Below, in pieces: positions 50,632 to 64,000 of a DNA stretch of 64,000 nt. Within the stretch, counting starts at the first letter, position 1. Every line of letters starts with the position of its first letter. The DNA is from Octopus vulgaris. Lineage: Eukaryota. The notes under the pieces were generated by a model, which worked only from the letters and a program-made list of their open reading frames with translations, was not told where the DNA came from and did no database searches. The stretch lies in assembly GCA_951406725.2 (NCBI GenBank), contig OX597836.1:7502001-7566000 (forward strand). The letters are read 5' to 3'. The position numbers and the translations under genes were made by a program.

Positions 50632-50841
50632 GATAGGTTGCCATGATAGATCGTTAGCTACTACATGCATTTTTTTCTCTCCTTGTTTCTCTCCTTGCTT
50701 TCGAGCCTATGCTCTCTGTCGAAGAGCATAGGCTCGAAACGTAAAAGACTTTTTCTATTCCTGAGCGTTATACTAATACATTTGTTTGTTTGTACTCCAC
50801 CTGCCTTCGTCTTTTGTTTATTTTCGTAAACTTTCCCTTTG

Positions 50842-50886
<45 letters not shown>

Positions 50887-51445
50887 GTATGTGTGTGTGT
50901 GTGTATGTATATATATTTGTATCTGTGTCTTTGTGTCTGTGTTCCCCCATCATCGCTTGACAACCGACTCTGGTGTGTTTACATCCCCATAATTTAGTGA
51001 TTCAGCAAAAGAGACTGATAGAATAAGTACTAGGCTTAGAAAGACTAAGTCCCGGGGTCAATTTGTTTGACTAAAGGCGGTGCTCCAGCATGGCCGCAGT
51101 CAAATGACTGAAACAAGTGAAAGAATAAAGGAATATATAAGGCTTTGGTGGGCATGGGATTATAGTAGAAGAGACTTGCTCAAGATGCCACACAATAGGA
51201 CTGAACCAGAGACTACAAGGTTGGAAAGCAAGCTTCTCAACCACACTGCCTATCTGTCTGTCTGTCTGGCTGGCTGGCTGGCTATCTGTCTAGTGTGTTG
51301 TTTCCATCTGTCTACTATCTATCTTTCTATCCATCTATCCATCTATCTCTATATATATCTATCTATCTATCTCTCTCTCTCTCTCTGCGTATATATATTT
51401 TTTTGTAAGAGTCTGGATTGAATTGATATATCGGTTCCATTCTAG

Positions 51446-51495
51446 CAAAAACTGTCTGATGAACGGCAACAAGAAACTCAGAGTAACAGATTTTG
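51446..51495 (+). ncRNA. Hammerhead sibling with intact core but broken stem II
   Basis: ctgt-CTGATGA-acggcaacaa-GAAA-ctcagag-TA-acag; other siblings at 44881-44918 (CCGACGA core) and ~17787-17827 (-). Confidence 0.5.
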
Positions 51496-51521
51496 TTGAA
51501 TTTTCTGCTACTTTAAATAAA

Positions 51522-51563
<42 letters not shown>

Positions 51564-51737
51564 GTCTGTCTGTCTATCCATCTATTTATCTATCTATCTA
51601 TCCAGCCATCTATCTGTCTGTCTACCGATCCATCTATGTATGTCTGTCTATCTGTCTAACTCTATCTATCTATCTATATATCTATCTATCTATCTATTTA
51701 TCTATCTGTCTGTCTGTCTGTCTGTCTATCCATCTAC

Positions 51738-51769
<32 letters not shown>

Positions 51770-52164
51770 ATATATATATATATATAGATATCTGTCTATC
51801 TACCTATTCGTCTATGTATCCGTCTATCAATCTATCTGCCTTTCTATCTATCTCTCTCCCTCTCTCTGTATGTATGTATGTACATATGTACGCACGCACG
51901 CACACACACACACACACGCACACACCAATACACACACACATTTAGCGGTTTCTGTCATTGAACTGCGACCATGCTGGGTCATCATCTTCAAAGTGATTTT
52001 TTTGTCAGTTCTTTGAGATCGATGGAGAACTAAAAGCAAAGTTGACAGGGTATAAAAAGTTGTGACTGACATAAATCAATACTCTACAAGGTATTTTCAC
52101 TTGGTGCACTCATTATGCAGGGTCAATAAATACACCTGTATGTGTATGCATTTCTGCATGTGTA

Positions 52165-52200
<36 letters not shown>

Positions 52201-52628
52201 TGAGAGAGAAAGAATGGCATTTTGTGCACATTGTGAATTTTAATAATGAAGCCTTGGTCAATCTGTTCCTTATTGGCTGAAAATATTTGCCCTGTGTGGA
52301 GTGCACTGAGATCAAATTTGAAATCACATAGCTGTAAACAGAAATTTCGGTACTCCTACTGCATGTGTGTGTGTGTGTGTGTGTGTGTGTATCTATCTAT
52401 CTATTTTTCTTTCTTCCTTTCTTTATGTTCCCATAGCTTAGCAGATCAGCAAAGGAGGCCAACGGAATAGGTAAGCTGAGTAAGAACCAGATTCATAAGT
52501 AAGTGCTGGGTCCAATTTGTTCAAACCCCACCCTTCAAGGCGGTGCCCCAGCATAACAAGGGTCCAAAACTGAAACATGTAAAAGATAAAAAAAGATAAA
52601 AGTTATATAAATAGATTAGATATAAATA

Positions 52629-52663
<35 letters not shown>

Positions 52664-53147
52664 ATGTATATATATATATATATTTATATATATATTTATA
52701 CATATACATTTATATATATATATACATACATATACATACACATATATATATATATACATGCATATACATAAATATATATATATACATACATATATATAAA
52801 TGTATATATACAAATACATATGTGCTATATCATTATTTGTTTCCTCTTTCGTCTGTTATTGTTTCATTAATTTGTTATTTTTTACTGGTTTCAACATCAA
52901 AATTCCCACATTGTGATCAGACTGGCATTCCATTCTGATGAGCTCCTCACACCCATTTTATAAAAAGTCTCACCAAGGCAACCCTTAGAAGGGGCACCCC
53001 ACCTACCCCCATTCTCCACTAAATTGCTGAACCTGTTAAAATAACAGCCAAAAATACCTCAAATCACACCATATTTTCTTCACACAAATAACCCCTCAAA
53101 AAATAACAGGATGAATGTATTTATTGTCTAAATACCTAAATACTATA

Positions 53148-53190
<43 letters not shown>

Positions 53191-53427
53191 GTAGATATGT
53201 ATATATATGGCATGATATAATAATGAGCTTATTGCATCCTGTGTTCAGGTGCACTGTGAATAGATAAATTTGGAATGCTACACAAATTTTCATCTTCACC
53301 GATACTATATAACGGATATGTTCTGATCTATACAATGCATGTGTGTATACATGTGTGTGTATGTTGTTAGTATATGACAGATATATACTGCTATATACAA
53401 TTTATATATATATATATATATATGAGA

Positions 53428-54770
53428 CTAGAAGAGATACCCGGCGTTGCCCGTGTTACATGCAATTGAAGAATTAGACTTTTCTGTTATATTTTCTGTA
53501 ATGAACTGGCATATCTATGTTTCGAATTTCATAAAAATTGAAGATGAGGGTTCTTTCCCTCTTTACACACCCTAAAAAAATTGTAATCGTGCCACATGTA
53601 TCCCATACTACTGATTTTTATGCGCATATTCCAAAATTCCAGTCTTATTGAACCTGTTAAAAGGATTTTGCTCCTGAAAAATGAAGGTCATGGAGCTCTA
53701 AAATGTGAGAGTGAAGGCCCCTGTTGTGGGTGGGTGGGTGTCTTAATGTCAAGCAGAGAAGTTGAATTGTTGAGAATCTTTTTAACTTGGGTCTTATATC
53801 TATTGTTTGAATTTCTTTGAAATAGGAAATATATGTATGTTCACTGGGTTTGTAAAAGAGAGCAAAGCTACAGGAAACCAAAAGACGAATAATCACAATA
53901 AGCAGTCAGCTACCCTACCCTAGTCATTATCACTCCCAGTGTAGGATTCCTCACCATCCAGATGACAGGCACAGCCATTAGGTGCATTACGAATCTATAG
54001 CAATGGGAAGGGCGTGACCCAACTGAGATAAACATTAACAACTGTGTGACATGAGGGCTAAGGAGAAATGAAAGTGTCACCTCTGGAGTTTGCAAATGAC
54101 CACTATACCAATAGGTAACTGGACAGAATAAATTTACAATCTATAAATATCTTTCAATAACCAGTCACTCATCTGGGAAGGCCTTGAAATCAATGTTACC
54201 ATCTGGGGATTACGTGTGACCCAGTGATAATAAAAAAACTGAAAGGAGGTCTGCAATCAAATAACTTTACTCAACACTTTGCAATTGAATCAGTGGAGGC
54301 AAAGATGCCTCTCATTTACTTGACAATTTATGCACCACATTGCAGAAATCACAATCTAAGTATATCTCAAAGCAAACTCTTATACTGTTGTACCATTGAA
54401 TTACAAATAATGCTCATCTTTTATGCTCGGGTGACCCTACAGCTTCCAAGAGTACAACTGTATTCGTCGTTGCTTAGATAAAATGACAAAATTGTGGGTG
54501 TTAAGTCCCCATGGAGGGGTCTTTCTAACTTGTAAGAAGATGAAATTTTATAAATATTACTTCATTTGTGTCTAATATCTAAGGTTAAAATTTCATCAAC
54601 AGCAAAAATATATGAATTTTCATGGGGGTTATGGCCTTTATGCATAGAATATAATTTCCAAATTTCATAAAGATCCATTCAGTACTTTTGACGGATTTTT
54701 GGATCATAAAGGAAATGACTAAAATTTGGGAGTTAAGGCCCCCATTGGGGTGTTATATATATATATAACG
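53428..54770 (-). mobile_element. Helitron-like element (3' end clear, 5' boundary uncertain)
   Basis: Minus strand ends ...cgggcaacgccgggtatctcttCTAG|t: a GC-rich hairpin followed by CTAG. Confidence 0.55.
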
Positions 54771-55129
54771 CCCCCATTGGGGTGTTATATATATATATAA
54801 CAGAAAAATCTGTGATGTACTGAGGGTGCGATAGGTGAACTGCGATATGGCAAGTGATTACCGTATATCCAATTGTGTTAAACCACTAAATTTGGTGGCT
54901 GTTCATGAATGGTTAATAGGTGGGACATAGTGCTGAAGAAGGTGCAAGGTCTCCTGAAACATGCATAATACACTCATTATCTATTATTCTGTCTTTGGTT
55001 GCATTGTTTACATAGGCATATTCGTATATGAAATGTCATAACTTTCAGTGCTGGCTCTAATTTCTACAGAAAAATCTGTAGAAATAAAGGATAAGATTTG
55101 AATGTAACAGCACCAACCAATCAAGCACC

Positions 55130-55535
55130 CCTGCTCCATCAAATGAATCAAGCCGGTTGCATTTGGAGGTAGAAAGCTTTTTGAACATCATCTGTCAGGT
55201 CACTTACATTGGGTTGTTAGTCTTGTTCGCATAAAGCAAAGCTTTATTTTTCAAGCCTGACAATATTCTTTGACAGCTAAGCAGAAATGTGAAGTGTTTG
55301 AATCTTGGAAACACTCTGTTGATGATCTTATCCACTTTTATTTGATTGCTATTTGATTGCCATTTGGTATCTGAGAATTACAAACAGCCAGTAGCTCAAG
55401 CTTTTGATAACTTGCAAGGATATCACCAAGTGAATCAAACAGTCTTTGACAGCCTTGAAACCTGGTGCTGTTTTTCCGTTTCTTAACCTTTTCATTACCA
55501 TATTTCTGCTGAAATATTCTACCTTTGCTTCCATT
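55130..55535 (-). pseudogene. Tigger/pogo transposase DDE fragment
   Basis: 'KTAPGFKAVKDCL' resembles the Tigger PGFKA.KDRLT motif, followed by frameshifts. Confidence 0.7.
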
Positions 55536-57810
55536 AATTTTTTAAGTAATCAAGTGTTTAGTAAAATGATTTTGTCATTATTAAACTGATGCTAGGGACT
55601 TAAGTTAGCATGGGATTTTAATGGAAGATTTTAATTCATCTCACGTCAACCCTTTAGCATCGAGATTCCTCTGTGGAATGGTAATGCTTGTTTATTCATA
55701 TTGCTCCGAATTAATCATGCATTATCTCATGGCTTTGAGATTTTGATGATGTGATTGCTCATTTTTAGAACATTGTAGGGTAGGTGTGAGAAGCTAGATC
55801 TTAAAACAGGTAGATCTTAAAACAAGTAGAATATTTTGGCCACATATCTCTTGTACTTGTTTCAGTCATTTGACTGCAGCCATGCTGGAGCACTGCCTTT
55901 AGTTGAGCAAATCGACCCCAGGACTTATTCTTTGGAAGCCTAGTACTTACTCTATCGGTTTTATTTTCTGAACTGCTAGGTTACAGGGACATAAACACAC
56001 CAGCATCGGTTGTCAAGTGATGTTGGGGGGGGACAAACACACATATATATACATATACATATATACGACGGGCTTCTTTCAGTTTCCATCTACCAAATTC
56101 ACTCACAAGGCTTTTGTTGGCCCAAGGCTATAGTAGAAGACACTTACCTAAGGTGCCACACAGTGGGACTGAACCCGGAACCATGTGGTTCGTAAGCAAG
56201 CTACTTACCACACGGCCACTCCTATGCCTACATAAAGAAATTAACCCTTTTCTTTCCAACCCAGTTGAAACTGGCTCTGGCTCTGAGTACAAATGTCTTG
56301 TTTTCATAAGTCTTGAAATAAAATCTTCTACCAAACCTTAGTCACAATTTATGTTCCTAACACTAGCTGGATGATAACTAAGTTATTTTACTAAATTCTT
56401 TGTTATATTTAGTAAACCACCCCTTAGTTTAACCCCACAGCTTGGTATCTTTGTTACCCTCATCAGTGTCTACTCTGTTACAAGCATTCAGACCCAGCTT
56501 CCAGTTTAAGGAAACTCTCCTCTCTCTTTCCCACCAGATTTAGACACCCCCCCCCACCATTATGAATCACAGGCACCACTTTTGCTCCTGACTAAAAAGA
56601 TTAAAGATGATAAAATAAAAAATAAAATAAAAACTGTTGAGGATATGGAGAATTATACTTGATGATGGTTGTCTTCCATGCATATGTTTAAAATTCCATC
56701 CATATTTGCCATTAAGCTGATTCTCTTCCTAATTAATTTTGTAGCAGCAAAATGTTATTATGGTTTGGATAAAAGCTTTAATGTTTTTGGCATTTCTGCA
56801 AATTGTTTGTACAGTGGTTGGTCGCAGGCCAAAAACCTCTTTTCCAATATCTGCGGCTCTTGGCTCACTGTCTGTCATCTAATCTCTTTTGTTTCAGTCA
56901 TTGGACTGCAGCCATGCTGGAGCACTACCGTGAAGCGATTAGCTGATCAAAATGACCCTCCTCTCTCCTGCTCCCCGAGTACTTTTTCTTTTTTTTTTTT
57001 GACATCTGGTACTTATTCTGTTACCCTCTTTTTGCTGAACTGCTAAGTTACAGGGATGTAAACAAACCAACACTGACTGGAAGTCAAGCACAACAATGCA
57101 CATACACAACAGGCTTCCACACAGTTTTCATCTACAGATTCACTCATAAGGTATCGGCCAGCCTGGGGTTATAATGAAAGACACTTATTCAAAATGTCAC
57201 ACTGTGGGACTGAACCTGGAGTGACATAGTTGCAAAACAAACTACTTAACCACTCAGCCATGCCTATGTCTATCTCTTTTATTCTCTCCTTGTTTTTTTC
57301 TGTGTCCCTTTCTGTGGAAGAGCGTAGGTTCGAAACGTAAAAGACTTTTTCAATTCCTGAGCGTTATACTAATACCTCTGTTTGTTTTCTACACCACCTG
57401 TCTTTGTCTTTTGTTTTTTTCGTAAACTCTCCCTATGTCTATCTCGACAAGACATCTGATTTAGTTTTGAATGTTGCACTTTTCTACTATTTTTCGTACT
57501 AACTTGCACTAGTAATGCACAGTGCATGTACAACTGCGATTGCAACAAGGACAAGTGAAGGAATAAAGAAATATTTTCAAAAAGACACTTAAGCGAAGCA
57601 GGTGCATGGATGGACCAGATGCAGTCACAAGGCTTTGGTTAACCCAAGGCTGTAGTAGAAAACATTTAGCCAAGGTTCCACACAGTAGGACTGAACCCGT
57701 CACCTTATGGTTGGGAAACAAACTTCTTACCACTCGGTCATGTCTGCACCATTGTTTATTTCCTAATTTAAGTATTGTTGTACCTTAAGGAAGTTATATC
57801 TTCCATGAAG

Positions 57811-58135
57811 TGAGGGCGCGTGGCTTAGTGGTTAGGGCATTCGGCTCATGATCGCGAGGTCGTGAGTTCAATTCCCGGCGATGCGTTGTGTCCTTGAGCA
57901 AGACACTTTATTTATTTCCCGTTGCTCCAGTTCACTCAGCTGGCAAAAAAGAGTAGTACCTGTATGTATTTCAAAGTCTTGTCACACTTTGTATCACGCT
58001 GAACATCCCCGAGAACTACATTAGGGGTACACGTGTCTGTGGAATGCTCAGCCATTTGCACGTTAATTTCACGAGCAAGCTGTTCCGTTGATCGTATCAG
58101 CTGGGACCCTCGTCGTCGTAACCGGCGGAGTCTTT
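57811..58135 (+). mobile_element. SINE family C copy with 14-bp TSD inside a candidate exon
   Basis: TSD tatcttccatgaag at 57797-57810 and 58136-58149. Confidence 0.85.
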
Positions 58136-58595
58136 TATCTTCCATGAAGCAGACGGCAGATGGGTAAGTCTGAAGTGTAGTCTGTAGAAGACGTCAGTGA
58201 ATTAAAAGCCATTGAATGATCTTTATTGATTCGGTATCGTGTGTGTTTTGTTTTTTTTTTTTATTGAATTGAAAAATTTAGCAGATTACAAAGAAAGGAA
58301 TATTAAAATGAAATGAAAATTCAAAATAAGTTTTTTATGTTTGACAAATATTTTTTCTGTATTTTACATTTGACTTTTTATTAACTTTGTAATAATGCAA
58401 TAACACTGTTTGTGTGTGTTTGTGTGTATATGTATAAATATGTATATATGTCATTTAATGTATACAGTATAAAGATACACACACACACAGGTAGGTAGGT
58501 AGGTAGGTAGGTAGGTAGATAAATAGATAGATAGATAGATAGACAGATAGACAGATAGATAGATAGATAGGTAGATAGAGAGATAGATAGGTAGG

Positions 58596-58658
<63 letters not shown>

Positions 58659-58719
58659 GTAGATAGATAGATAGACAGACAGATAGACAGATAGATAGGT
58701 AGGTAGATAGATAGATAGG

Positions 58720-58758
<39 letters not shown>

Positions 58759-59842
58759 GTAGATAGACAGACAGATAGATAGATAGATAGGTAGATAGAG
58801 AGATATAGATTGATTGATAGAGAGAGAGAGAGAGAGATTGATAGATAGGCAGACAGACGGACGGACTGACGGACAGACAGACAGATAGATTGATATAGAT
58901 AGATATGCAATTCTCTTCTATTAACCTCTAACATTGAATTATAGCAAGATTTCTTTATTGTTTCTTTTGTTTTCCTTTTGCTTCTTAATTCTAATTTCCT
59001 CACCAAACACTCAGATTGAGCAACACACTAATTATTTTTACCAAAATAATTAGTTCTAAAGTGCTCCTGTACTCTGGCAACTTGATGATTCTGCTGCACT
59101 TAATTCTGTCCGCTCTCTTGTATAATCTACTTTCACTGCATTCTTCTCTTCTCAATAAGATCTTCTCCCATAATCCTCTCAAGAATTGGTTTTTCTTCAT
59201 TATCCATTTTTTTTGTTCTTCCCCCAGCACAGCCATGGCTGCGTGGCTAAGAAGCCTGTTTTGCAACCACGTAGATTTTCGATTCAATCCCATAATGCAG
59301 TACCTTGAACATGTTTCTTCTTCCATAGCCCCAGGCTGACTAATGCTTTATGAGTGAATTCAGCAGATGGAAACTGTGGTAGATGGGGAAAATGGTGAGA
59401 TGTAGAGTGCTGAAGTGTGACTATGGTTTATATATGTATATATATATATATGTATGTATGTATGTGTGTGTGTGTGTGTGTGTGTGTCATCGTCATCATC
59501 ATTGTTTAATGTCTGCTTTCCATGCTGGCATGGGTTGGAGGGTTTGACTGAGGACAAGCAAGCCAGGAGGCTGCACCAGGCTCCAATCTGATCTGGTAAG
59601 GTTTCTACAGCTGAATGCCCTTCCTAATGTCAACCACTCCAAGAGTGTAGCGAGTGCTTTTTATGTGCCACCGGAATGGGGGCCAGTCAGGCAGTACATA
59701 CATACATACAAGTGGTATAGGTACAGGCATGGCTGTGTGGTAAGAAGTTTACTTCCCAACGTCAGAGTCCCAAGTTCAGTCCTACTAGGATAAAACAGAT
59801 AAGAGGTATTTGGTGCTCATTTACCATATCTGCCTCCCTCTT

Positions 59843-59874
<32 letters not shown>

Positions 59875-60106
59875 TACTCCTCTTATCTCACCATATATAT
59901 TCTGAGTGTCTCTACTTTCCAAACTATTCACCTTATTTTTAAAGGATAAAAAAAAGAATTTATTTTAATGATTTGTAGTTAACGTGGTATTTCGTTATGC
60001 CACCATGACACACTATAGAGAATATTAAATGTTTTTATAAGTCAATACCATGTCCTACTGTGTTAGCAGTGCACTTGACATTATTTTGTGAAGATTGTTT
60101 CTACAG

Positions 60107-60167
60107 ATATTCTATAGAAATTAGTTATTTCATATCTACGCTGTATTTCAATTGGTTTGATTTCTGA
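60107..60167 (+). CDS. Candidate alternative terminal exon (phase 2: YSIEISYFISTLYFNWFDF*)
   Basis: Acceptor ttgtttctacag within a local stem; downstream hairpin 60140-60250. Confidence 0.35.
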
Positions 60168-61178
60168 TGGTTATCGAGTGTCTCGTTTCTTGGACTGGTA
60201 CCAGTCTGCTCCTGTGTTACACATCAAAGAATCACACATCTGATAGCAGCAAAAACGGCTGTGAATTGTGGAATTTGGCTGCCAGAATACCAAACAGCAT
60301 CAGTGTCATCGCTATCATTATCGTGATCGTTGTTATTGTCGCCATTGATGTCGTCATCGTCATCATCATCACCATCGTTGTCATCAACATTTGTAATCAT
60401 CATAATTATCATCATCATCATCATCACCATCATCATCATCACCATTGTTATCATCATCATCATCACTACATCTACTCACTATCATCATCATCATCATCAT
60501 CATCCTCGTTTTTGTCATCATTACCACACCACTATCACTGCCACTTCCACCACCGCAACTATCACTTTTGCCACCACTTCCACCATTGTCATCATCATCA
60601 TTATCATTGCCATGGACCAGACCATCATCATCATTTCTACCACTACAACCATCATTGCTGCCACAACCACCATTGCCACCTCTACCGTTGTCTTGTCATC
60701 ATCATCATCATCTTAGAATGACCATCATTATCATTGTTATCTTCAAGATTATCATAACCTCCATCATCATCATCATCATCACTGTCCCTACCACTACCAC
60801 CACCACCTTAGCAACTGCCTTTGCCAATGTCATCATCAACATCATCGTAATCATCATCGTTATCTTCGTCATCATCGACACCATCATCATCATCATCATC
60901 ATCATTTTCACCATGTGATTTTCAGATAAATAACTGTTAATTTACATAAGCATTTTTTATTAATCAGACATCAGGGTTCGTTTATCTTCCTCTGGTAAAT
61001 GTTTTAGTAAAGAATTTTATTTTCTCTCTTTTATCTTTGAATCATTGCAAATCATTGGACATATCTGCTGCCATCCATCAACTGCTTCCTTTCTTCTTCT
61101 TATCTCATCTGAAAATACTCTCTCTCTCTCTCCCTCTCTCTCTCTCTCCCTCCCTCCCTCTCTCTCTTTCTCAAGCAG

Positions 61179-61302
61179 TGACTTTTTGATGATCCTACCT
61201 TACATGGAATTTTGGAATCCCTCAGCAATCACACATACAAAGCTCTTACACCAACACACTACATGGTACCGATGGCGTGATTGCTATCATTGGATCACAT
61301 GA
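61179..61302 (+). CDS. Candidate alternative terminal exon (phase 2: DFLMILPYMEFWNPSAITHTKLLHQHTTWYRWRDCYHWIT*)
   Basis: Long (CT)n tract, then aagcag NAGNAG; the exon folds on itself. Confidence 0.45.
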
Positions 61303-61914
61303 TGTCACATATGACTATTATCCGTGTCATACTTTAACTTTTGTTTTTTGGTGGAATTGGAAGACCTGTCCTGATTTTGAAAACTTTAAGCTTATTGGCC
61401 CCCAGCCCTTCCACCCCTAGTTCCACAATACAAAGTTCCTGTTTACAGTGATATATGGCGTTGAGTAAAAAATTTTGCAATATTTTGGTAATTTATTTGT
61501 TTTATTTCTCAAGTTACAACAAAAGCAGCTGAGCATTCAAAGTGGAGGCCATAATATGGCACCATCTGAAGCCACCTTTCTGCCAGTTCTTGGATCTCTT
61601 GCTGATACCAGTTCTTGTTCTTTGAGATGACGAATTCCTTCATTGAAGCTTCCTGTTTCTTTATTAGCCACAAGGGCCTAAACATAGAGTGGGACAATAC
61701 ATACATACATGAATGTGTGTATGTGTAAATATATATACACGATGTGCTTCTTTTTAGTTTCCATCTATTAAATCCACTCACAAAGCATTGGATGGCCTGA
61801 AGTTATTGTAGAAGACATTTACCAAAAGTTCCACAGTGAGACTGAACCTGGAACCAAGCAGTTGAGAAGCAAGCTTCTTATCACTCAGCCATGCCTGCAC
61901 CTACATATTCTTAA

Positions 61915-62541
61915 CATTCTTCTTAGCATTCATCTGTGCAATTCTTAGCATTCCACCAAACACTTCTTAGCATTCGCCTGTGCAGTTCTTAGCATTCCAC
62001 CAAACACTTCTTAGCATTCGTCTGTGCAATTCTTACCATTCGTCTGTGCAATTCTTAGCATTCAACCAAACACTTCTTAGCATTCATCTGTGCAATTCTT
62101 AGCATTCCACCAAACACTTCTTAGCATTCGTCTGTGCAATTCTTAGCATTCCACCAAACACTTCTTAGCATTCGTCTGTGCAGTTCTTAGAATTCCACCA
62201 AACACTTCTTAGCATTTGTCTGTGCAATTCTTAGCATTCCACCAAACACTTCTTAGCATTTGTCTGTGCAATTCTTAGCATTCCACCAAACACTTCTTAG
62301 CATTCGTCTGTGCAATTCTTAGCCTTCCACCAAACACTTCTTAGCATTCGTCTGTGCAATTCTTAGCATTCCACCAAACACTTCTTAGCATTCATCTGTG
62401 CAATTCTTAGCATTCCACCAAACAGTTCTTAGCATTCGTCTGTGCAATTCTTAGCATTCCACCAAACACTTCTTAGCATTCGTCTGTGCAGTTCTTAGCA
62501 TTCCACCAAACACTTCTTAGCATTCGTCTGTGCAATTCTTA
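61915..62541. repeat. 44-bp dimeric minisatellite, ~14 units
   Basis: ttcttagcattc+gtctgtgcaa alternates with ttcttagcattc+caccaaacac. Confidence 0.95.
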
Positions 62542-64000
62542 ACATTTTTCTCTTACAAAATATTTACCATTCACAATATCCTTCTGCAAATGTGTCCCTT
62601 CTTCCCCCACTCCACACCACCACACCACATAATCCAAAATTCCTATTTAATCCCAAATGATTTTACCAAAACAACTATATCCAACATTACTTCTTTCTTT
62701 TATTCTAGAAAATTCTCTTTTCCAAAAAGATTTATATTTTGTTAATAAAATATAAATTATAGACAATAATGAAGTTGAAATATGTAAATATTGACAAAAT
62801 AGTCTGGTGGGAGGGGGGGGGTAAAGATAAAAAAAAACACAAAGAGCAAAACCCCAATAATATCTTTGATGTTTGTTGAAGAAATTTCCGCAAAAATATT
62901 TCATAAGTCTTTTGTTCTCTGGAGATAACTGATTAAGTTCTATTTCACTTGCTTCCCTACCATCAAAGTTCTTTGATCTGTAATTTTATTATCACAAAAT
63001 ATGTTTGTGAGTTGTAATTTGTTTGTGATTTTGTCCATATTGGTGGGGAGGTGGGGAGTGGGGGGGTGAGGGTGAGGGTCAGTGTGTTTTGTGCTGTTCT
63101 CTTGACTGATGTGAGTGTGTGTGTGTGTGTGTGTGTGCATGAGTATTAAAATATACGTAATATCATTTCTTACACACATACACACACACACATATATATA
63201 TACATGTATACATACCCATGGATATATATCTCATAAATGCATATTCTAAAGATATATATGAGCATACATGTATTTTATATTTGGCTGTCTGTGTGTGTAT
63301 TTCATTAATATTTAGCAAAAGCAACAGACTGACTTATGCAACATATACACATATATGTGTGTGTGTGTGTGTGTGTGTGCGTGTGTATGTATATATATAA
63401 TGTACATATATATGTGTGTGTCGTGGCATTCCGTCGGTTATGACGACGAGGGTTCCAGTTGAGCCGATCAAGGGAACAGTCAGCTCGTGATATTAACGTG
63501 CAAGTGGCTGAGTACTCCACAGATACGTGTACCCTTAACGTAGTTCTCGGAGAGATTCAGCATGACACAAAGTGTGACAAGGCTGGCCCCTATGAAATAC
63601 AGGTACAACAGAAACATGAAGAAAGAGTAAGTGAAAGTTGTGGTGAAAGAGTACAGCCCCACCCCCCAGCTTGTCAGCCCTGGTCAAACTGTCCAACCCA
63701 TGCCAGCATGGACAACAGACATTAAATGATGATGATATTATGACCAGATATCCTTCCTGTTGCCAGTCATGTTAGTTGGCTTTTATGACATAAATGATAT
63801 GATATAGGTAATATATATATATATATGTCGTATTTTAAGATGTATAAGGAGCTCCCTATTTTGCAGGGGGCTTAAAATTTGGAAAAAAGGTTTTGTTAGG
63901 GATTATAATACTATCCATGTGTAAGAAACTCCCATATTTTTTAGCCTAATTTTTGACAAAAAAAATGGTTCCTTATACATGTTAGAATATGGTATATATA

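Noticed and set aside
54739-54800. Short direct duplication with a palindromic (TA)n centre
   Set aside because: Simple slippage at an element junction; no functional indication.
61915-62541. CRISPR-like repeat-spacer appearance
   Set aside because: Only two alternating 10-bp spacers, a 12-bp repeat, eukaryotic context and no cas genes.

Overview
Repeat-dense, AT-rich eukaryotic DNA, most likely an octopus (coleoid cephalopod) genome, judged from the recurring tRNA-headed SINE families, RTE/R4/Penelope remnants and very high microsatellite load. Almost all listed ORFs are microsatellite or SINE artefacts, and no constitutive exon identifying a gene was found. The notable signal lies in the short non-repetitive islands between the repeats. 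About 20 islands (2.8-61.3 kb) share a + strand plan: a plausible 3' splice acceptor, a short frame that stays open when entered in intron phase 2 (mostly 5-40 codons) and ends in a stop, and an imperfect inverted repeat pairing over the acceptor and/or the frame. Where checked by hand, the mismatches are mostly G-U wobbles on the + strand. I infer an array of alternative C-terminal exons of one + strand gene whose shared exons lie outside the window, each embedded in a dsRNA (possible ADAR substrate or splice switch). This is an inference from sequence alone and needs RNA-seq. The window also has a 6-nt microexon candidate, UGCAUG and ACUAAC motif clusters, minimal hammerhead ribozymes, nested MITEs and several tandem or inverted duplications.
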